Source: Candidatus Dormiibacterota bacterium
Lineage (GTDB): Bacteria; Vulcanimicrobiota; Vulcanimicrobiia; Vulcanimicrobiales; Vulcanimicrobiaceae
Reading direction: 5' to 3'
DNA: 64,000 bases
Assembly: GCA_035532835.1 (NCBI GenBank)
Contig: DATKQG010000059.1
Coordinates: 6,581-70,580 of the forward strand
In this document: in pieces, positions 40,697 through 52,092 of the stretch
Layout of the letters: each line of letters starts with the position of its first letter
How positions within the stretch are numbered: position 1 is the stretch's first letter
Notes under the pieces: generated by a model
Told to the model about the DNA's origin: nothing
Database searches by the model: none
The model's input: only the letters and a program-made list of their open reading frames with translations
Made by a program: the position numbers and the translations under genes

Positions 40697-41364
40697 ACGA
40701 CGGCGTCCCGGAGCGGCTGGCCCGGCTTCGCGCCCAGATCGGCGAAGAGGCCCGCGCGGCCGGGCGTTCGCCGCAGGACATCATCCTGGTCGGGGTTAGT
40801 AAAAAGCAGCCGTTAGAGCCGATTCGCGCGGCGATCGAAGCCGGGCTCGGCGACATCGGCGAGAGCTACGTGCAGGAGGCTGCGCTGAAGTTCGGCAGCT
40901 TGCCGCCCGTCCGCAAGCACTATATCGGGCACATACAGACCAACAAGGCCAAGCGCATCGCGGAGCTCTTCGACATCGTCCAGAGCGTCGACCGCGAGGA
41001 CGCGGCTCGCGCCCTCGCGCGGGCTGCGAGCGGGCTCGGAAAGGTCCTGCCCGTGCTGCTCCAACTCAATATCTCGCCGGCCGACCGTTTCGGAGCCCCG
41101 CCCGATGCCGCCGAGCGGCTCGCCGAGGCGATCCGCGCCGAGCCCTCGCTCCGCCTCGACGGCGTGATGGCGATTGGGCCCGATACGCCCGATCGCGCTG
41201 AAATAGCGCGGGCTTTTGCCTTGGCCGCCAAGACGTTGGCACGTGTAGGTGGAAGTACGCTCTCAATTGGAATGTCTGGGGATTGGCGCGAGGCGGTGCG
41301 CGCCGGCTCCACGATGCTCCGTATCGGCACCGGCCTCTTTGGCCGCAGGCAGGAACCGCGATGA
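40693..41364 (+). CDS. yggS: YggS family pyridoxal-phosphate homeostasis protein
   Basis: Start proposed at GTG 40693 (GTGA overlap with the lgt stop). LVGVSKKQP (PLP Lys), HYIGHIQTNK, MSGDW...GSTMLRIGT. Confidence 0.88.
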   Translation: MNDGVPERLARLRAQIGEEARAAGRSPQDIILVGVSKKQPLEPIRAAIEAGLGDIGESYVQEAALKFGSLPPVRKHYIGHIQTNKAKRIAELFDIVQSVDREDAARALARAASGLGKVLPVLLQLNISPADRFGAPPDAAERLAEAIRAEPSLRLDGVMAIGPDTPDRAEIARAFALAAKTLARVGGSTLSIGMSGDWREAVRAGSTMLRIGTGLFGRRQEPR

Positions 41365-41380
41365 AACCCGGGGGTTCACA

Positions 41381-41800
41381 ATGAGCATGTTCGGTAAAAT
41401 AGGGTCGTTTTTTTCGATCCGAGACGAAGAAGAAGAACTCTACGACGACGAGCCGACGCCGAGCGGCCGCGTCGTGCCGTTTTCCAATGCCGGTTCGCGC
41501 CGGGGCGGTACTGAAGTCAGCGTGTACTCGCCGCGCAGTTTCCAAGACGTCGTCGAGATCGCCGATGCGCTACGCAACCGTCAAGTGGTTATCGTCAATT
41601 TGCAGAACGCCGATCGCACGCTGCTCCAGCGCGTGGTCGATTTCACGTCGGGTGTCGCGTATACGATCGACGGTAAAATACAGAAACTCGCCGAGGCCAT
41701 CTACCTCGTCGTGCCGGCCGGCGTCGTCGTGAACGCCGCGGGCCTGCGCGACTCGATGATGACCGACGGCACACTCGATTTCATGGCCAATAGAGGCTAA
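41381..41800 (+). CDS. sepF: Cell division protein SepF
   Basis: Start trimmed to ATG 41381. PRSFQDVVEIADALRNRQVVIVNLQNADRTLLQRVVDFTSGVAYTIDGKIQKLAEAIYLVVP. Confidence 0.88.
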   Translation: MSMFGKIGSFFSIRDEEEELYDDEPTPSGRVVPFSNAGSRRGGTEVSVYSPRSFQDVVEIADALRNRQVVIVNLQNADRTLLQRVVDFTSGVAYTIDGKIQKLAEAIYLVVPAGVVVNAAGLRDSMMTDGTLDFMANRG

Positions 41801-41815
41801 AGGCACAACGCATCG

Positions 41816-42361
41816 ATGGAAAAAATCATGCCGATCGACATCCAGCACAAGAGCTTCAAAAAGGCTCTGCAGGGATACGATCGCACCGAAGTCGATCAAT
41901 TTCTCGACGAGGTCATCGAGACGCTCGAAGACGACGCGCATCAGCGCGCGGCGCTGGAGGCCGAAATCGGCGATCTCAAAGAACGCATCAGCCATTTTAA
42001 AGCGATGGAAGAATCGCTCCAGAATACGCTCGTCCTCGCGCAGCGCACCGCCGACGAGGTGAAGGCTTCGGCGCACAAGGAAGCCGACTTGATTCGCGAA
42101 CAAGCGCGCTTGACCGCCGAACGCGAGATCGCCAGCTATAACGACGCCATCGCGGAAGTCCGCCGCGAGCACCAGCGCACGATCGAACATAACGAAAAAG
42201 CCAAAAGCGAGCTGCGCAGCCTGTTGATGACGCACATGTCGTTGCTGGATAATGCGATGCGCGTGCCGAGCCCGGCCGCAGCTCCCGAACCGAAGCAAGA
42301 AGCGTTGCTTCCGGCCGGCGAACCGCCGAGCGACGACACAAGCCGGATTACGGTTTACTAG
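41816..42361 (+). CDS. divIVA: DivIVA domain-containing protein
   Basis: PIDIQHKSFKKALQGYDRTEVDQFLDEV N-terminal DivIVA motif plus coiled coil. yggS-sepF-divIVA synteny. Confidence 0.85.
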   Translation: MEKIMPIDIQHKSFKKALQGYDRTEVDQFLDEVIETLEDDAHQRAALEAEIGDLKERISHFKAMEESLQNTLVLAQRTADEVKASAHKEADLIREQARLTAEREIASYNDAIAEVRREHQRTIEHNEKAKSELRSLLMTHMSLLDNAMRVPSPAAAPEPKQEALLPAGEPPSDDTSRITVY

Positions 42362-42368
42362 TCGTCCG

Positions 42369-43448
42369 ATGAGCGATATCATAGCGATTCTGCCCGGTGA
42401 TGGCATCGGGCCCGAAGTAACGCATGCCGCGGTCGAGGTGCTAAAAGCGGTTCGCCCCGATCTCGATTGTCGAGAGACGCTCGTCGGCGGCGCCGCGCTC
42501 GAACGAGGCCTTCCCGCGCTCTCGCCCGACGCCTTGGCGTTGTGCCGGCAGAGCGCGGCGATTTTATTCGGCAGCGTCGGGTTGCCCGCGTACGATGCAA
42601 AGCCGCTCGCCGAGCGCCCCGAGCTCGCGCTGTTCACGCTACGGCGCGATTTCGAACTCTACGCCAACGTACGCCCGGTTCGCGTCTTCCCCGGCCTCGA
42701 GAACGCGTCGTCGCTCAAGCCGGAACTGGTGCGCGGGCTCGATTTAGTCGTCGTTCGCGAATTGACCGGCGGCATTTATTACGGTCAGCCCAAAGAGCAG
42801 CGTACGATCGACGGCGTCGAGGCCGCCATCGACACGATGATCTATCGCGCTCCCGAGATCGAACGCATCGTTCGCGTCGGCTTCGATCTCGCGCGCTCGC
42901 GCCGTAAGCGGCTCACGTCGGTCGACAAACAGAACATCCTGGAAACCTCGCGTCTCTGGAGACGCGTGGTGACGCGCATTGCGCCGGAATATCCCGACGT
43001 GGCCCTCGATCATCTGCTGGTGGACAACGCGGCGATGCAACTCGTGCGCCGTCCGGCCGACTTCGACGTGATCGTCACCGAGAATATGTTCGGCGACATT
43101 CTCTCCGACGAGGCCGCGATTCTCACCGGGTCGATAGGCACGCTTCCGAGCGCGAGCCTGGGCACGCGAGCGACGCCGCAGGGCGGACGCTTCGGATTGT
43201 ACGAGCCGATTAGCGGGAGCGCTCCGGACATCGCCGGTAAAGGCATCGCGAACCCGACCGCGGCGATGCTTTCGGCCGCGCTGCTTCTGCGCATGAGTCT
43301 GTGCGACGAAGCCGCGGCGTTGCGCGTGGAACGCGCGGTCGAAACCGTCTATGCGAACGGCGGCCGTACGAGCGAACTGGTAGCGCCGGGGGCTCCGTCG
43401 CTCTCAACCAAACAATTCACGCAATCCGTCCTTGAGGCATTACAATAA
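42369..43448 (+). CDS. leuB: 3-isopropylmalate dehydrogenase
   Basis: Start trimmed to ATG 42369. IAILPGDGIGPEV, NMFGDILSDEAA..GSIG.LPSASLG signature. Confidence 0.92.
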   Translation: MSDIIAILPGDGIGPEVTHAAVEVLKAVRPDLDCRETLVGGAALERGLPALSPDALALCRQSAAILFGSVGLPAYDAKPLAERPELALFTLRRDFELYANVRPVRVFPGLENASSLKPELVRGLDLVVVRELTGGIYYGQPKEQRTIDGVEAAIDTMIYRAPEIERIVRVGFDLARSRRKRLTSVDKQNILETSRLWRRVVTRIAPEYPDVALDHLLVDNAAMQLVRRPADFDVIVTENMFGDILSDEAAILTGSIGTLPSASLGTRATPQGGRFGLYEPISGSAPDIAGKGIANPTAAMLSAALLLRMSLCDEAAALRVERAVETVYANGGRTSELVAPGAPSLSTKQFTQSVLEALQ

Positions 43449-43451
43449 AAA

Positions 43452-44441
43452 ATGGGTCGTATTCTAGCAGCGCACGCGCGCGTCGCCGCAACCGGTATGT
43501 TTGTGCCGGAGCGTGTCCTGACGAACGCCGATTTCGAAAAGCTCGTCGATACCAACGACGAGTGGATCGTCCAACGCACGGGGATTAAGACGCGGCACGT
43601 CGTGAGCGAAGGCGAACACGCGAGCACGCTGGCCTTCAACGCGATCGACGATCTTCTCGAACATCACCCGGATGTCGAAATTGAAACGGTCGATTATATC
43701 TTGGTTGCGTCGACGACGTCGGATTACGTGTACCCCAGCCTTGCGGCGATGATTCAGGATCGCTTCGGCATACCGACGACGGCCGGAGCGCTCGATATCA
43801 GCGGCGCTTGCGCGGGATTCGCGTACGGCATCAATCTTGCGACCGGCCTGCTTGCCAGCGGCCAGGCCACGCGCGTGCTGGTTGTCGCCGCAGACGCTTT
43901 AACGCGCTCGGCCGACTACACCGACCGCTCGACGTGCATCCTTTTTGGCGACGGAGCCGGGGTCGTGCTGGTCGAGCAGAGCGAGAAACCCGGAATTCTG
44001 GGAATGACGTCGGGATCCGACGGTAGCGCCGGCAAGTATCTCTTCCGCACGAATTTTCGCTTCGATATCAACGGCACGGTGGACGAGACGCGCTTGCTGC
44101 GCCAAGATGGCCGCAACGTGTTCCGTTGGGTGATCGAGAATATTCCCAATACCATCGCGTCGATTCTGGAGCGAGCGGGTTTAACGCTGGACGACATCGA
44201 TTGGTTCGCACCGCATAGTGCCAACCTGCGTATGATCGAGGCGCTCAACAAACGCATCGGTTTCCCGATGGAGAAGACGCTGCTCAGCGTCGTCGATTAC
44301 GGCAACACCTCCGCGGTGAGCGTTCCGCTTGCGTTGATTCCCGCCACCCGCGATGGGCGCGTCAAATCGGGAGATCGGATCCTCATCATCGGGTTCGGCG
44401 GCGGCTTGGTCAGCGCGGGGAACGTCCTCGTCTGGCCCTAG
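43452..44441 (+). CDS. fabH: Beta-ketoacyl-ACP synthase III
   Basis: Active-site Cys context ISGACAGFAYG, HSANLRMI, GNTSAVS. Confidence 0.92.
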   Translation: MGRILAAHARVAATGMFVPERVLTNADFEKLVDTNDEWIVQRTGIKTRHVVSEGEHASTLAFNAIDDLLEHHPDVEIETVDYILVASTTSDYVYPSLAAMIQDRFGIPTTAGALDISGACAGFAYGINLATGLLASGQATRVLVVAADALTRSADYTDRSTCILFGDGAGVVLVEQSEKPGILGMTSGSDGSAGKYLFRTNFRFDINGTVDETRLLRQDGRNVFRWVIENIPNTIASILERAGLTLDDIDWFAPHSANLRMIEALNKRIGFPMEKTLLSVVDYGNTSAVSVPLALIPATRDGRVKSGDRILIIGFGGGLVSAGNVLVWP

Positions 44442-44449
44442 AAGCGAGC

Positions 44450-45961
44450 TTAAAGCGGTCGCTTGTGCGATAGCGTAAGCGTGACCTTCGTGCTTTGTGC
44501 GGTCGATGCGACTTCGAAGTTGCTGCTGCACGCGCGCATGATCGGGATCCCGCGGCCCCGTTCCGGCCGCGGGGTGAAGGCCTTCCAATGCCCCTTGCTG
44601 GTTATGGTAACGTGCGATGCATCCGGTCCCTTGAGATAGTCGACTTCGAAGCACGCGCCCGCGGCGTCGCTGCCGTGCTCGATAGCGTTGGCGATGGCTT
44701 CGCCCGCCGCGCAGATCGCGTCGTCGGTAAACTCTTGCGAGTGGACGGTGGCGAGGGCGTTACGCAGAGCCTCTCGCGCGATGCCGGCGGACGACGGCAG
44801 GCTGCTATATACCCAGTGGCCGTCAACATGCGACTCCGACGCATTATGGAGCGCGAGCGTCGCGACATCGTCCGTGTTCGCGATGGTTTGAAAGATGGCT
44901 TCGTGCAGGCCGTCTGCGCTCGGGGGCCCGTCACGGGCCAAGCGTTCCAGCGTAACCAAGAGTTCGCGCTCCCCCTCGATGATATCGCGCCTATATTCGA
45001 GCAATCCGTCGGTATAGAGATAGCATGTGGTTCCCGGGGTGAGGGTAACGGTCCATTCGGGCGACGCCGGCGTCATACCGAGGCCGAGCAGCAGACCGCC
45101 CGCGGGCAGCACGAAGGTCTTTCCCGATGGCGATAGCAGAACGGGGTGCGGATGCCCCGCGGAAGCGTACCGCAAGATTTTCGATTGCGGGTCGTAGATG
45201 CCGACGATCGCCGTGGCCATTCCCAATCCTTGGGACGTAACGACCCCGTCGACGTAGTTGAGGAGCGCGGTGGGCGAATTAGTGCCCGGCGCCGCCGAGC
45301 GTATCGCACGCGCGATCTGGCTCATCGAAACCGCCGCCTCGAGCCCGTGGCCGGTGACGTCTCCCACCGACACGCCGATCATGCCGTTTCCGATTTCGAA
45401 CGCGTCGTACCAATCGCCGCCAACCTCGGCTTCGTCGCTCGCGGGCCGATAGGCCGCGTCGAACGAGAGGCCTTCGACGCGCATCAAGCGATCGGGAAGC
45501 AGCGCTTGCTGGAGGCGTTGAGAGACGTGATAGTGATGCGCTAACTGCTGCGATTGCTCGAGCGCCATCGAGATGAGCGTCGTCAATACGCCGGCTACGT
45601 GCGGGCTATCGGACGCGGCGCCGGCATGACGCCGCTCCGAGCCTAATACGAAAGTCCCGATCGCGCGGCCGCCGACGGTGAGCGGTTCGGTTGAGAGCGT
45701 GGATTGGCCGATGACGGCCAGCGGGTCCTCCAAGAGCGCGGAGAGAGCCGCCGTTCGGGCGCCGCCCCATCGAGCTTCGTCGGCGCATGCGAATGCGGCG
45801 GGCGCGGCGCCGTGCCCGTGCAGGTAGATCGAGCAGAAATCGGCGACGGAGCCGGCGCAGAGGTCGCAGATGTTTGCCAGCAGAGCCAACGGCTCTCTGG
45901 GAGTCGATAGAGCGGACAAGTGCCCCTCTCCGAGAGGCCGGTCAAAGAGACCCCTAAGCAT
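44450..45961 (-). CDS. Fused GAF-like / PP2C (SpoIIE) phosphatase / RsbW-like HATPase protein
   Basis: GGDWYDAFEIGNGMIGVSVGDVTGHGLEAAVSMSQ and LYTDGLLE (PP2C/SpoIIE). C-terminal AAGEAIANAIEHGS...RGRGIPIM (anti-sigma kinase-like). N-terminal ~150 aa looks like a divergent GAF domain. Confidence 0.82.
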   Translation of the reverse strand: MLRGLFDRPLGEGHLSALSTPREPLALLANICDLCAGSVADFCSIYLHGHGAAPAAFACADEARWGGARTAALSALLEDPLAVIGQSTLSTEPLTVGGRAIGTFVLGSERRHAGAASDSPHVAGVLTTLISMALEQSQQLAHHYHVSQRLQQALLPDRLMRVEGLSFDAAYRPASDEAEVGGDWYDAFEIGNGMIGVSVGDVTGHGLEAAVSMSQIARAIRSAAPGTNSPTALLNYVDGVVTSQGLGMATAIVGIYDPQSKILRYASAGHPHPVLLSPSGKTFVLPAGGLLLGLGMTPASPEWTVTLTPGTTCYLYTDGLLEYRRDIIEGERELLVTLERLARDGPPSADGLHEAIFQTIANTDDVATLALHNASESHVDGHWVYSSLPSSAGIAREALRNALATVHSQEFTDDAICAAGEAIANAIEHGSDAAGACFEVDYLKGPDASHVTITSKGHWKAFTPRPERGRGIPIMRACSSNFEVASTAQSTKVTLTLSHKRPL

Positions 45962-46059
45962 AGATCCTCGCTCGGCGGTTCAACCCACTAAAGTCTGCCC
46001 CGTTCCGGGGAATCTAAACCTTGGGGCCAGCTCGCCTGCCCGTTTAGGAAATCGGTTCG

Positions 46060-49000
46060 GTGGAGAAGAAGCAGACGTCTTCATCGGCTTTCGGAGGCAC
46101 GATTTGCGTCATGTCTAGCGCTACGGTACCCTCACGCAGCACTAAAAAGCCGCCCAAGGGCGGCCTGCCGCAAACCCATCTACTGGCTGCGTTGCGATCG
46201 TTTAGAGACGGCGACTTTTCGACGCGCCTTCCGAATAGTTTCACCGCGATCGACGGCGAAATCGCGGCGGCGTTCAACGAATGCGTCGAGCGTAACGAGC
46301 GGTTGGCCGAAGAACTCATTCGCATAAGTCACGTTGTCGGGCGCGAAGGCTTGATTGGGAAACGCGCGTCGCTCGCGAGCGCGAAAGGCGCTTGGCGCGG
46401 CAGCCTCGACTCGGTCAACCAACTCATCGACGATCTCGTGTTCCCGATGTCCGAGGCCGGCCGCGTACTCGGGGCGGTTGCCAACGGCGATCTCTCGCAG
46501 CGTATGCCGCTCGAAAACGACGGCCGCGAGCTCAAGGGCGAATTTCTGCGCTCGAGCCGTACGATCAACACGATGGTCGATCGTCTCAATGCCTTCGCGT
46601 CCGAGGTCACGCGCGTCGCGCGCGAGGTCGGCTCCGAAGGAAAGCTGGGCGGGCAGGCCTTGGTGAAAGGCGTCGCGGGAACGTGGAAAGACCTTACCGA
46701 TTCCGTGAACACGATGGCCGGAAATCTCACGTCGCAGGTCCGCAACATCGCCGAAGTCACCACCGCCGTCGCTCACGGCGATCTTTCGAAGAAAATCACG
46801 GTCGAAGCGCGCGGCGAAATCCGTCAGCTCAAGGGCACGATCAATACGATGGTCGATCAGCTCAACGCCTTTGCTTCGGAAGTGACCCGCGTCGCGCGTG
46901 AAGTCGGATCGGAAGGCGCCCTGGGCGGCCAAGCGCAGGTTGCGGGCGTCGCCGGAACGTGGAAGGACCTTACCGACTCCGTCAACACGATGGCCGGAAA
47001 TCTCACGGCGCAGGTTCGTAACATCGCGGAGGTTACCACGGCCGTCGCGCGCGGAGATCTCTCCAAAAAAATCACGGTCGACGTGCGCGGCGAGATTGCC
47101 GAACTCAAAGACACGATCAACACGATGGTCGATCAGCTCAACGGGTTTGCTTCGGAGGTGACGCGCGTCGCGCGCGAAGTCGGTTCGGAAGGCAAACTCG
47201 GAGGCCAGGCCGAGGTTGAAGGCGTCGCGGGAACGTGGAAAGACCTAACCGACTCGGTCAATACGATGGCCGGCAATTTGACGGCACAGGTGCGCAACAT
47301 CGCCGACGTTACGACCGCCGTCGCCCGCGGCGACCTTTCGAAGAAAATTACGGTCGACGTCCGCGGCGAAATTCTGGAACTGAAAATTACCGTGAACACC
47401 ATGGTGGACCAGCTCAACGCCTTCGCCTCGGAGGTGACGCGCGTCGCCCGCGAAGTGGGTTCCGAAGGTAAACTCGGCGGACAAGCCGAGGTTGAAGGCG
47501 TCGCCGGTACTTGGAAAGACTTAACCGATTCGGTCAACACGATGGCCGGTAACTTGACGGCCCAAGTCCGCAACATCGCCGACGTGACTACCGCCGTCGC
47601 TCGCGGCGACCTCTCGAAGAAAATCACCGTCGACGTTCGCGGCGAGATCTTCGAGCTCAAGAACACCATCAATACGATGGTCGATCAGCTCAACGCGTTT
47701 GCGTCGGAAGTGACGCGCGTTGCGCGCGAGGTCGGATCCGAAGGCAAACTCGGCGGACAGGCGGACGTGCGCGGCGTCAGCGGCACCTGGAAGGACCTGA
47801 CGGACTCCGTCAACGTCATGGCCGGTAACCTCACCTCGCAGGTTCGCAACATTGCCGACGTGACGACCGCCGTCGCAAACGGCGACCTCTCGAAAAAGAT
47901 TACCGTGCAGGTGCGCGGCGAGATTCTCGAGCTTAAAGATACGATCAACGTCATGGTCGATCAGCTCAACGCCTTCGCTTCCGAGGTGACGCGCGTCGCG
48001 CGCGAGGTGGGCTCCGAGGGGCGCTTAGGCGGCCAAGCCGAGGTCAAAGGCGTGAGCGGAACGTGGAAAGATCTCACCGACTCGGTGAATTTCATGGCCT
48101 CGAACCTCACCTCGCAAGTGCGCAACATCGCCGACGTGACGACGGCCGTTGCGAACGGCGACCTATCCAAAAAAATCACGGTCGACGTACGCGGCGAAAT
48201 TCTAGAACTCAAAGACACGATCAACACGATGGTCGATCAGCTCAACGCCTTCGCCTCCGAAGTGACGCGCGTCGCGCGCGAGGTGGGCTCCGAGGGGAAC
48301 CTCGGCGGGCAGGCCGACGTGAAGGGCGTGAGCGGAACGTGGAAAGATCTCACCGATTCGGTGAACTTTATGGCATCGAACCTCACCTCGCAAGTGCGTA
48401 ACATCGCCTCGGTAACGACGGCCGTCGCCAACGGGGACCTTTCGAAGAAAATCACCGTCGACGTGCGCGGCGAGATTTCGGAATTAAAAAACACGATCAA
48501 CACGATGGTCGATCAACTCAACGCTTTCGCCTCCGAAGTGACGCGCGTCGCGCGCGAGGTCGGATCCGAGGGCATCCTCGGCGGCCAGGCGCAAGTCGGC
48601 GGCGTGAGCGGCACGTGGAAGGATCTCACCGATTCGGTGAACTTCATGGCGTCGAACCTCACCTCGCAAGTGCGTAACATCGCGAAGGTGACGACCGCGG
48701 TTGCCAACGGAGACCTTTCGAAGAAGATTACGGTCGACGTCCGGGGCGAAATCGCGGAGCTGAAAGATACCATCAACGTCATGGTCGACCAGCTCAATGC
48801 CTTTGCGTCGGAAGTAACGCGCGTGGCGCGCGAGGTGGGTTCCGAGGGTATCCTCGGCGGGCAGGCCCACGTGCAGGGCGTCAGCGGCGTATGGAAAGAC
48901 CTCACCGACAACGTGAACTCGATGGCGGCGAACCTTACCAACCAGGTGCGCGGCATCGCCAAGGTCGTTACCGGCGTCGCCAACGGCGATCTCAAACGTA

Positions 49001-52000
49001 AGCTCACGCTGCAGGCTCGCGGTGAGATCGCGGAATTGGCAGAAACGATCAACGGCATGATCGATACGCTCGCGACCTTCGCCGACCAAGTTACCACGGT
49101 GGCGCGCGAGGTCGGCTTCGAAGGAAAACTGGGCGGCCAGGCGGCCGTACCGAGTGCGGCAGGGTTGTGGCGCGGGCTTACGGACAGCGTCAACCAACTC
49201 GCGGCGCAGCTTACCGACCAGATCCGCGCCATCTCCGAGGTGGCGACCGCCGTGACCAAGGGCGATCTCTCGCGGACGATCGAAGTCGAGGCGCGCGGCG
49301 AAGTCGGCGAACTCACGCGTAACGTCAACGAGATGATTCAGAATCTCCGCGACACGACGCGTAAGAATACCGAGCAAGATTGGTTTAAGAGTAACCTCGC
49401 GCGATTCACCTCGATGCTGCAGGGGCAGCGCGATATCACTGCGGTGACGCAGTTGATCATGTCGGAGATCGTTCCGCTCGTCAACGCGAAGGTCGGCGGC
49501 TTCTATATCAGCGATGTGAGCGGCAACGAGCCGACGTTGCTCCTGATGGCCGGCTACGCGCTGCCTCGCAACCGTCGCTCCAAGCGGGCGATTGCGTTCG
49601 GTGAGGGGCTCGTCGGCCAAGCCGCGGTCGAGCGACAGAGATTGTTGCTCAACGAAGTCCCGGCCGAGTATCTGCAAATGACCTCCGGCATCGGCCAGGC
49701 GGCGCTCTGCTCGGTCGTCGTGTTCCCGATCCTATTTGAGGGCGAGATCAAAGCCGTCATCGAGTTAGGGTCGCTCGAACGCTTCAGCGAAATCCATCTG
49801 TTGTTTTTGGACCAGTTGATGCAATCGATCGGCGTCATGCTCAACACGATTTCCGCATCGATGCGTACCGAGGAGTTGCTCAAGCAGTCGCAATCGCTCA
49901 CCGGCGAACTCCAGAGCCAACAGCTCGAACTCAAACAGACCAACGACGAGTTGGAAGAAAAGGCTCGCCTGTTGCAAGAGCGCAACGCCGAAGTCGAGCG
50001 TAGAACGCGCGAAATCGAAGAGGCCCGTACGGAACTCGAAGGCAAGGCCGAGCAGCTCTCTTTGACCTCGAAGTACAAGTCGCAGTTCTTGGCAAACATG
50101 TCGCACGAACTGCGAACCCCGTTGAATAGCCTGCTCATCCTCTCGAAGCAGCTTGCCGACAACAGCGATGGAAATATGACCGGGCGGCAGGTGGAGTTCG
50201 CGCAGACGATTCGCGCGGCGGGTTCGGATCTACTCACCCTCATCAACGATATTCTCGACCTCTCAAAGATCGAATCGGGAACGACCGCCATCGACTTTCA
50301 AGAAGTCACATTCGACGAAATTGAAAACGAAGTACGGCGAACGTTCGGGCAAATCGCCGCGGATAAGAACCTGCAGTTCGTCGTTCGGCGCGACCGGGAT
50401 CTTTCCGACACGATCGTTACCGATCCCACGCGCCTGCAGCAAGTCCTCAAAAACTTGCTATCGAACGCGTTTAAGTTCACCACGGTGGGTTCGGTGACGC
50501 TTCACATCGGCGTCGATCGCAGCAGTCGCATTCTGGCGGTTCCCGGCCCGGCGATATTTTTCGCGGTTTCGGACACCGGCATCGGGATCTCACCCGACAA
50601 ACACGGCGTCATCTTCGAGGCGTTCCAGCAAGCCGATATGGGAACGTCGCGCAAATTCGGGGGCACGGGGTTGGGCTTGGCCATCAGCCGGGAAATTGCG
50701 GGACTTCTGGGCGGCGAAATAACGGTAGATAGCGCCGCCGATATCGGCAGCACGTTCACGCTCTATCACCCCGCGCAGCGCAACGCGCCGCGAGCGGACA
50801 CGGCGCAGCTCGCGCCGCCGGCCATCGATCGGATCGAAGCCATGCTGGCGAAGGCGCCGTCGGAAGCGGCCAGGCGTTCCGACGAGGCCATCGGGCGTGC
50901 CGACGACCGATACAATATCGACGTGGACGATAAGATCGTCTTGGTGATCGAAGACGATCCGACGTTCGCGGGCCTCTTGGCCGGCTTTGCGACCGAGCGC
51001 GGATTTAGAACCTTGGTGGCGCACTCGGGGCATGAGGCGCTCGAGATGGCGAACAAGTTCATGCCCGATGCGATTACCCTGGATATCGGGCTTGCCGACA
51101 TGGACGGCTGGCAACTGCTCGAGCAGCTCAAATCGTCGGCCGCGACCGCGCATATTCCCGTCCACGTCATCTCGGGCGACGAGCACCAGCAACGCGCGCT
51201 CGAATCCGGCGCGATCGCTCACTTGCAGAAGCCCGTTTCGGAGGAGGCGCTCGTCGATACGTTCGATCGCCTGTTGGGTTTTGCGGACAGTCGCGGCAAG
51301 GACGTTTTGGTGGTCGAAGACGACCTTACGCAGCTCAACGCGATGGTGAACCTCATCGGCACCGGCGAGATGAACGTTACGGCGGTATCGAGCGCCCGAG
51401 CGGCGTTCGAGGCGATCGAGGGCAACACGTTCGACTGCGTCATCGTGGATTTGGGCTTGCCGGATATGTCGGGCGAGAAATTCATCGAGACGTTCCGGGC
51501 CAAGCCGGGGCATGAAACCACGCCGATCATCGTCTACACGGCGCGCGATTTACAGCGGGAAGAAGAGGCGCGCTTGCGCCGCATTTCTTCAGCGGTGGTG
51601 GTAAAAGACGGGCGCGCGCCGGAGCGCTTGCTCGACGAGGTCAATTTCTTTCTCCATCGCGTGGAGGCCGATCTGCCGTCGACACGGCGACCCTCTCGCG
51701 AGGCCGCGCGCGACTCGCTACAGGGGCGGCGGGTACTAATCGTGGACGACGACGCGCGCAATATCTTTGCGCTCGAGGCGGCGTTACGCGCCGAGGGAAT
51801 GGACGTGCTGGCCGCCGAGAGCGGCCGGCAGGGTATCGCCAGCCTCCAAACACGCTCCGACGTCGATATCGTCCTGATGGATATCATGATGCCGGAGATG
51901 GACGGGTTCGAGACCATTCGCAGGATCCGCGCGGACGATCGCATCGCTTCGATCCCGATTATCGCGCTCACAGCGAAGGCGATGAAGGGCGACCGCGAGG

Positions 52001-52092
52001 CGTGCATCGCCGCCGGCGCATCCGAATACGTCAGTAAGCCGGTGGACGTCGATCAGCTTCGCTCGCTATTGCAGCTATGGTTGAGCAAGTAG
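46060..52092 (+). CDS. Soluble poly-HAMP hybrid sensor histidine kinase (HAMP array - GAF - HisKA - HATPase_c - REC - REC - REC)
   Basis: 2010-aa ORF. HAMP-like N-terminus ([10 protein letters not shown]...EIAAAFN). About 11 units of 92 aa with consensus [84 protein letters not shown] domain. H-box SHELRTPLN (His codon 50104-50106). N/G boxes ([25 protein letters not shown]). Three receivers with acceptor Asp codons at 51082, 51448 and 51880. No TM segment seen. Alternative start ATG 46111, 13 nt after GGAGG. Confidence 0.9.
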   Translation: MEKKQTSSSAFGGTICVMSSATVPSRSTKKPPKGGLPQTHLLAALRSFRDGDFSTRLPNSFTAIDGEIAAAFNECVERNERLAEELIRISHVVGREGLIGKRASLASAKGAWRGSLDSVNQLIDDLVFPMSEAGRVLGAVANGDLSQRMPLENDGRELKGEFLRSSRTINTMVDRLNAFASEVTRVAREVGSEGKLGGQALVKGVAGTWKDLTDSVNTMAGNLTSQVRNIAEVTTAVAHGDLSKKITVEARGEIRQLKGTINTMVDQLNAFASEVTRVAREVGSEGALGGQAQVAGVAGTWKDLTDSVNTMAGNLTAQVRNIAEVTTAVARGDLSKKITVDVRGEIAELKDTINTMVDQLNGFASEVTRVAREVGSEGKLGGQAEVEGVAGTWKDLTDSVNTMAGNLTAQVRNIADVTTAVARGDLSKKITVDVRGEILELKITVNTMVDQLNAFASEVTRVAREVGSEGKLGGQAEVEGVAGTWKDLTDSVNTMAGNLTAQVRNIADVTTAVARGDLSKKITVDVRGEIFELKNTINTMVDQLNAFASEVTRVAREVGSEGKLGGQADVRGVSGTWKDLTDSVNVMAGNLTSQVRNIADVTTAVANGDLSKKITVQVRGEILELKDTINVMVDQLNAFASEVTRVAREVGSEGRLGGQAEVKGVSGTWKDLTDSVNFMASNLTSQVRNIADVTTAVANGDLSKKITVDVRGEILELKDTINTMVDQLNAFASEVTRVAREVGSEGNLGGQADVKGVSGTWKDLTDSVNFMASNLTSQVRNIASVTTAVANGDLSKKITVDVRGEISELKNTINTMVDQLNAFASEVTRVAREVGSEGILGGQAQVGGVSGTWKDLTDSVNFMASNLTSQVRNIAKVTTAVANGDLSKKITVDVRGEIAELKDTINVMVDQLNAFASEVTRVAREVGSEGILGGQAHVQGVSGVWKDLTDNVNSMAANLTNQVRGIAKVVTGVANGDLKRKLTLQARGEIAELAETINGMIDTLATFADQVTTVAREVGFEGKLGGQAAVPSAAGLWRGLTDSVNQLAAQLTDQIRAISEVATAVTKGDLSRTIEVEARGEVGELTRNVNEMIQNLRDTTRKNTEQDWFKSNLARFTSMLQGQRDITAVTQLIMSEIVPLVNAKVGGFYISDVSGNEPTLLLMAGYALPRNRRSKRAIAFGEGLVGQAAVERQRLLLNEVPAEYLQMTSGIGQAALCSVVVFPILFEGEIKAVIELGSLERFSEIHLLFLDQLMQSIGVMLNTISASMRTEELLKQSQSLTGELQSQQLELKQTNDELEEKARLLQERNAEVERRTREIEEARTELEGKAEQLSLTSKYKSQFLANMSHELRTPLNSLLILSKQLADNSDGNMTGRQVEFAQTIRAAGSDLLTLINDILDLSKIESGTTAIDFQEVTFDEIENEVRRTFGQIAADKNLQFVVRRDRDLSDTIVTDPTRLQQVLKNLLSNAFKFTTVGSVTLHIGVDRSSRILAVPGPAIFFAVSDTGIGISPDKHGVIFEAFQQADMGTSRKFGGTGLGLAISREIAGLLGGEITVDSAADIGSTFTLYHPAQRNAPRADTAQLAPPAIDRIEAMLAKAPSEAARRSDEAIGRADDRYNIDVDDKIVLVIEDDPTFAGLLAGFATERGFRTLVAHSGHEALEMANKFMPDAITLDIGLADMDGWQLLEQLKSSAATAHIPVHVISGDEHQQRALESGAIAHLQKPVSEEALVDTFDRLLGFADSRGKDVLVVEDDLTQLNAMVNLIGTGEMNVTAVSSARAAFEAIEGNTFDCVIVDLGLPDMSGEKFIETFRAKPGHETTPIIVYTARDLQREEEARLRRISSAVVVKDGRAPERLLDEVNFFLHRVEADLPSTRRPSREAARDSLQGRRVLIVDDDARNIFALEAALRAEGMDVLAAESGRQGIASLQTRSDVDIVLMDIMMPEMDGFETIRRIRADDRIASIPIIALTAKAMKGDREACIAAGASEYVSKPVDVDQLRSLLQLWLSK
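46561..49320 (+). repeat. In-frame tandem array of ten 276-bp units (92-aa HAMP pairs) inside the kinase gene
   Basis: The TINTMVD-encoding motif recurs at 46561, 46837, 47113, 47389, 47665, 47941, 48217, 48493 and 48769. The last array unit at 49045 is a diverged copy, and a further diverged copy begins at 49321, just past the array end. All sit in an exact 276-bp phase. A degenerate unit precedes the array from about 46285. Confidence 0.9.

Noticed and set aside
46042-46067. SigB/SigF-type promoter (GTTTAG-N14-GGAGAA) upstream of the poly-HAMP kinase.
   Set aside because: The -10 part does not match GGGTAT. The GGAGAA overlaps the candidate GTG start, so the match is probably chance.
46561-49320. 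Regular 276-bp repeats as a possible CRISPR array or satellite.
   Set aside because: The units are contiguous with no spacers, far longer than CRISPR repeats, and stay in one open reading frame encoding HAMP domains.
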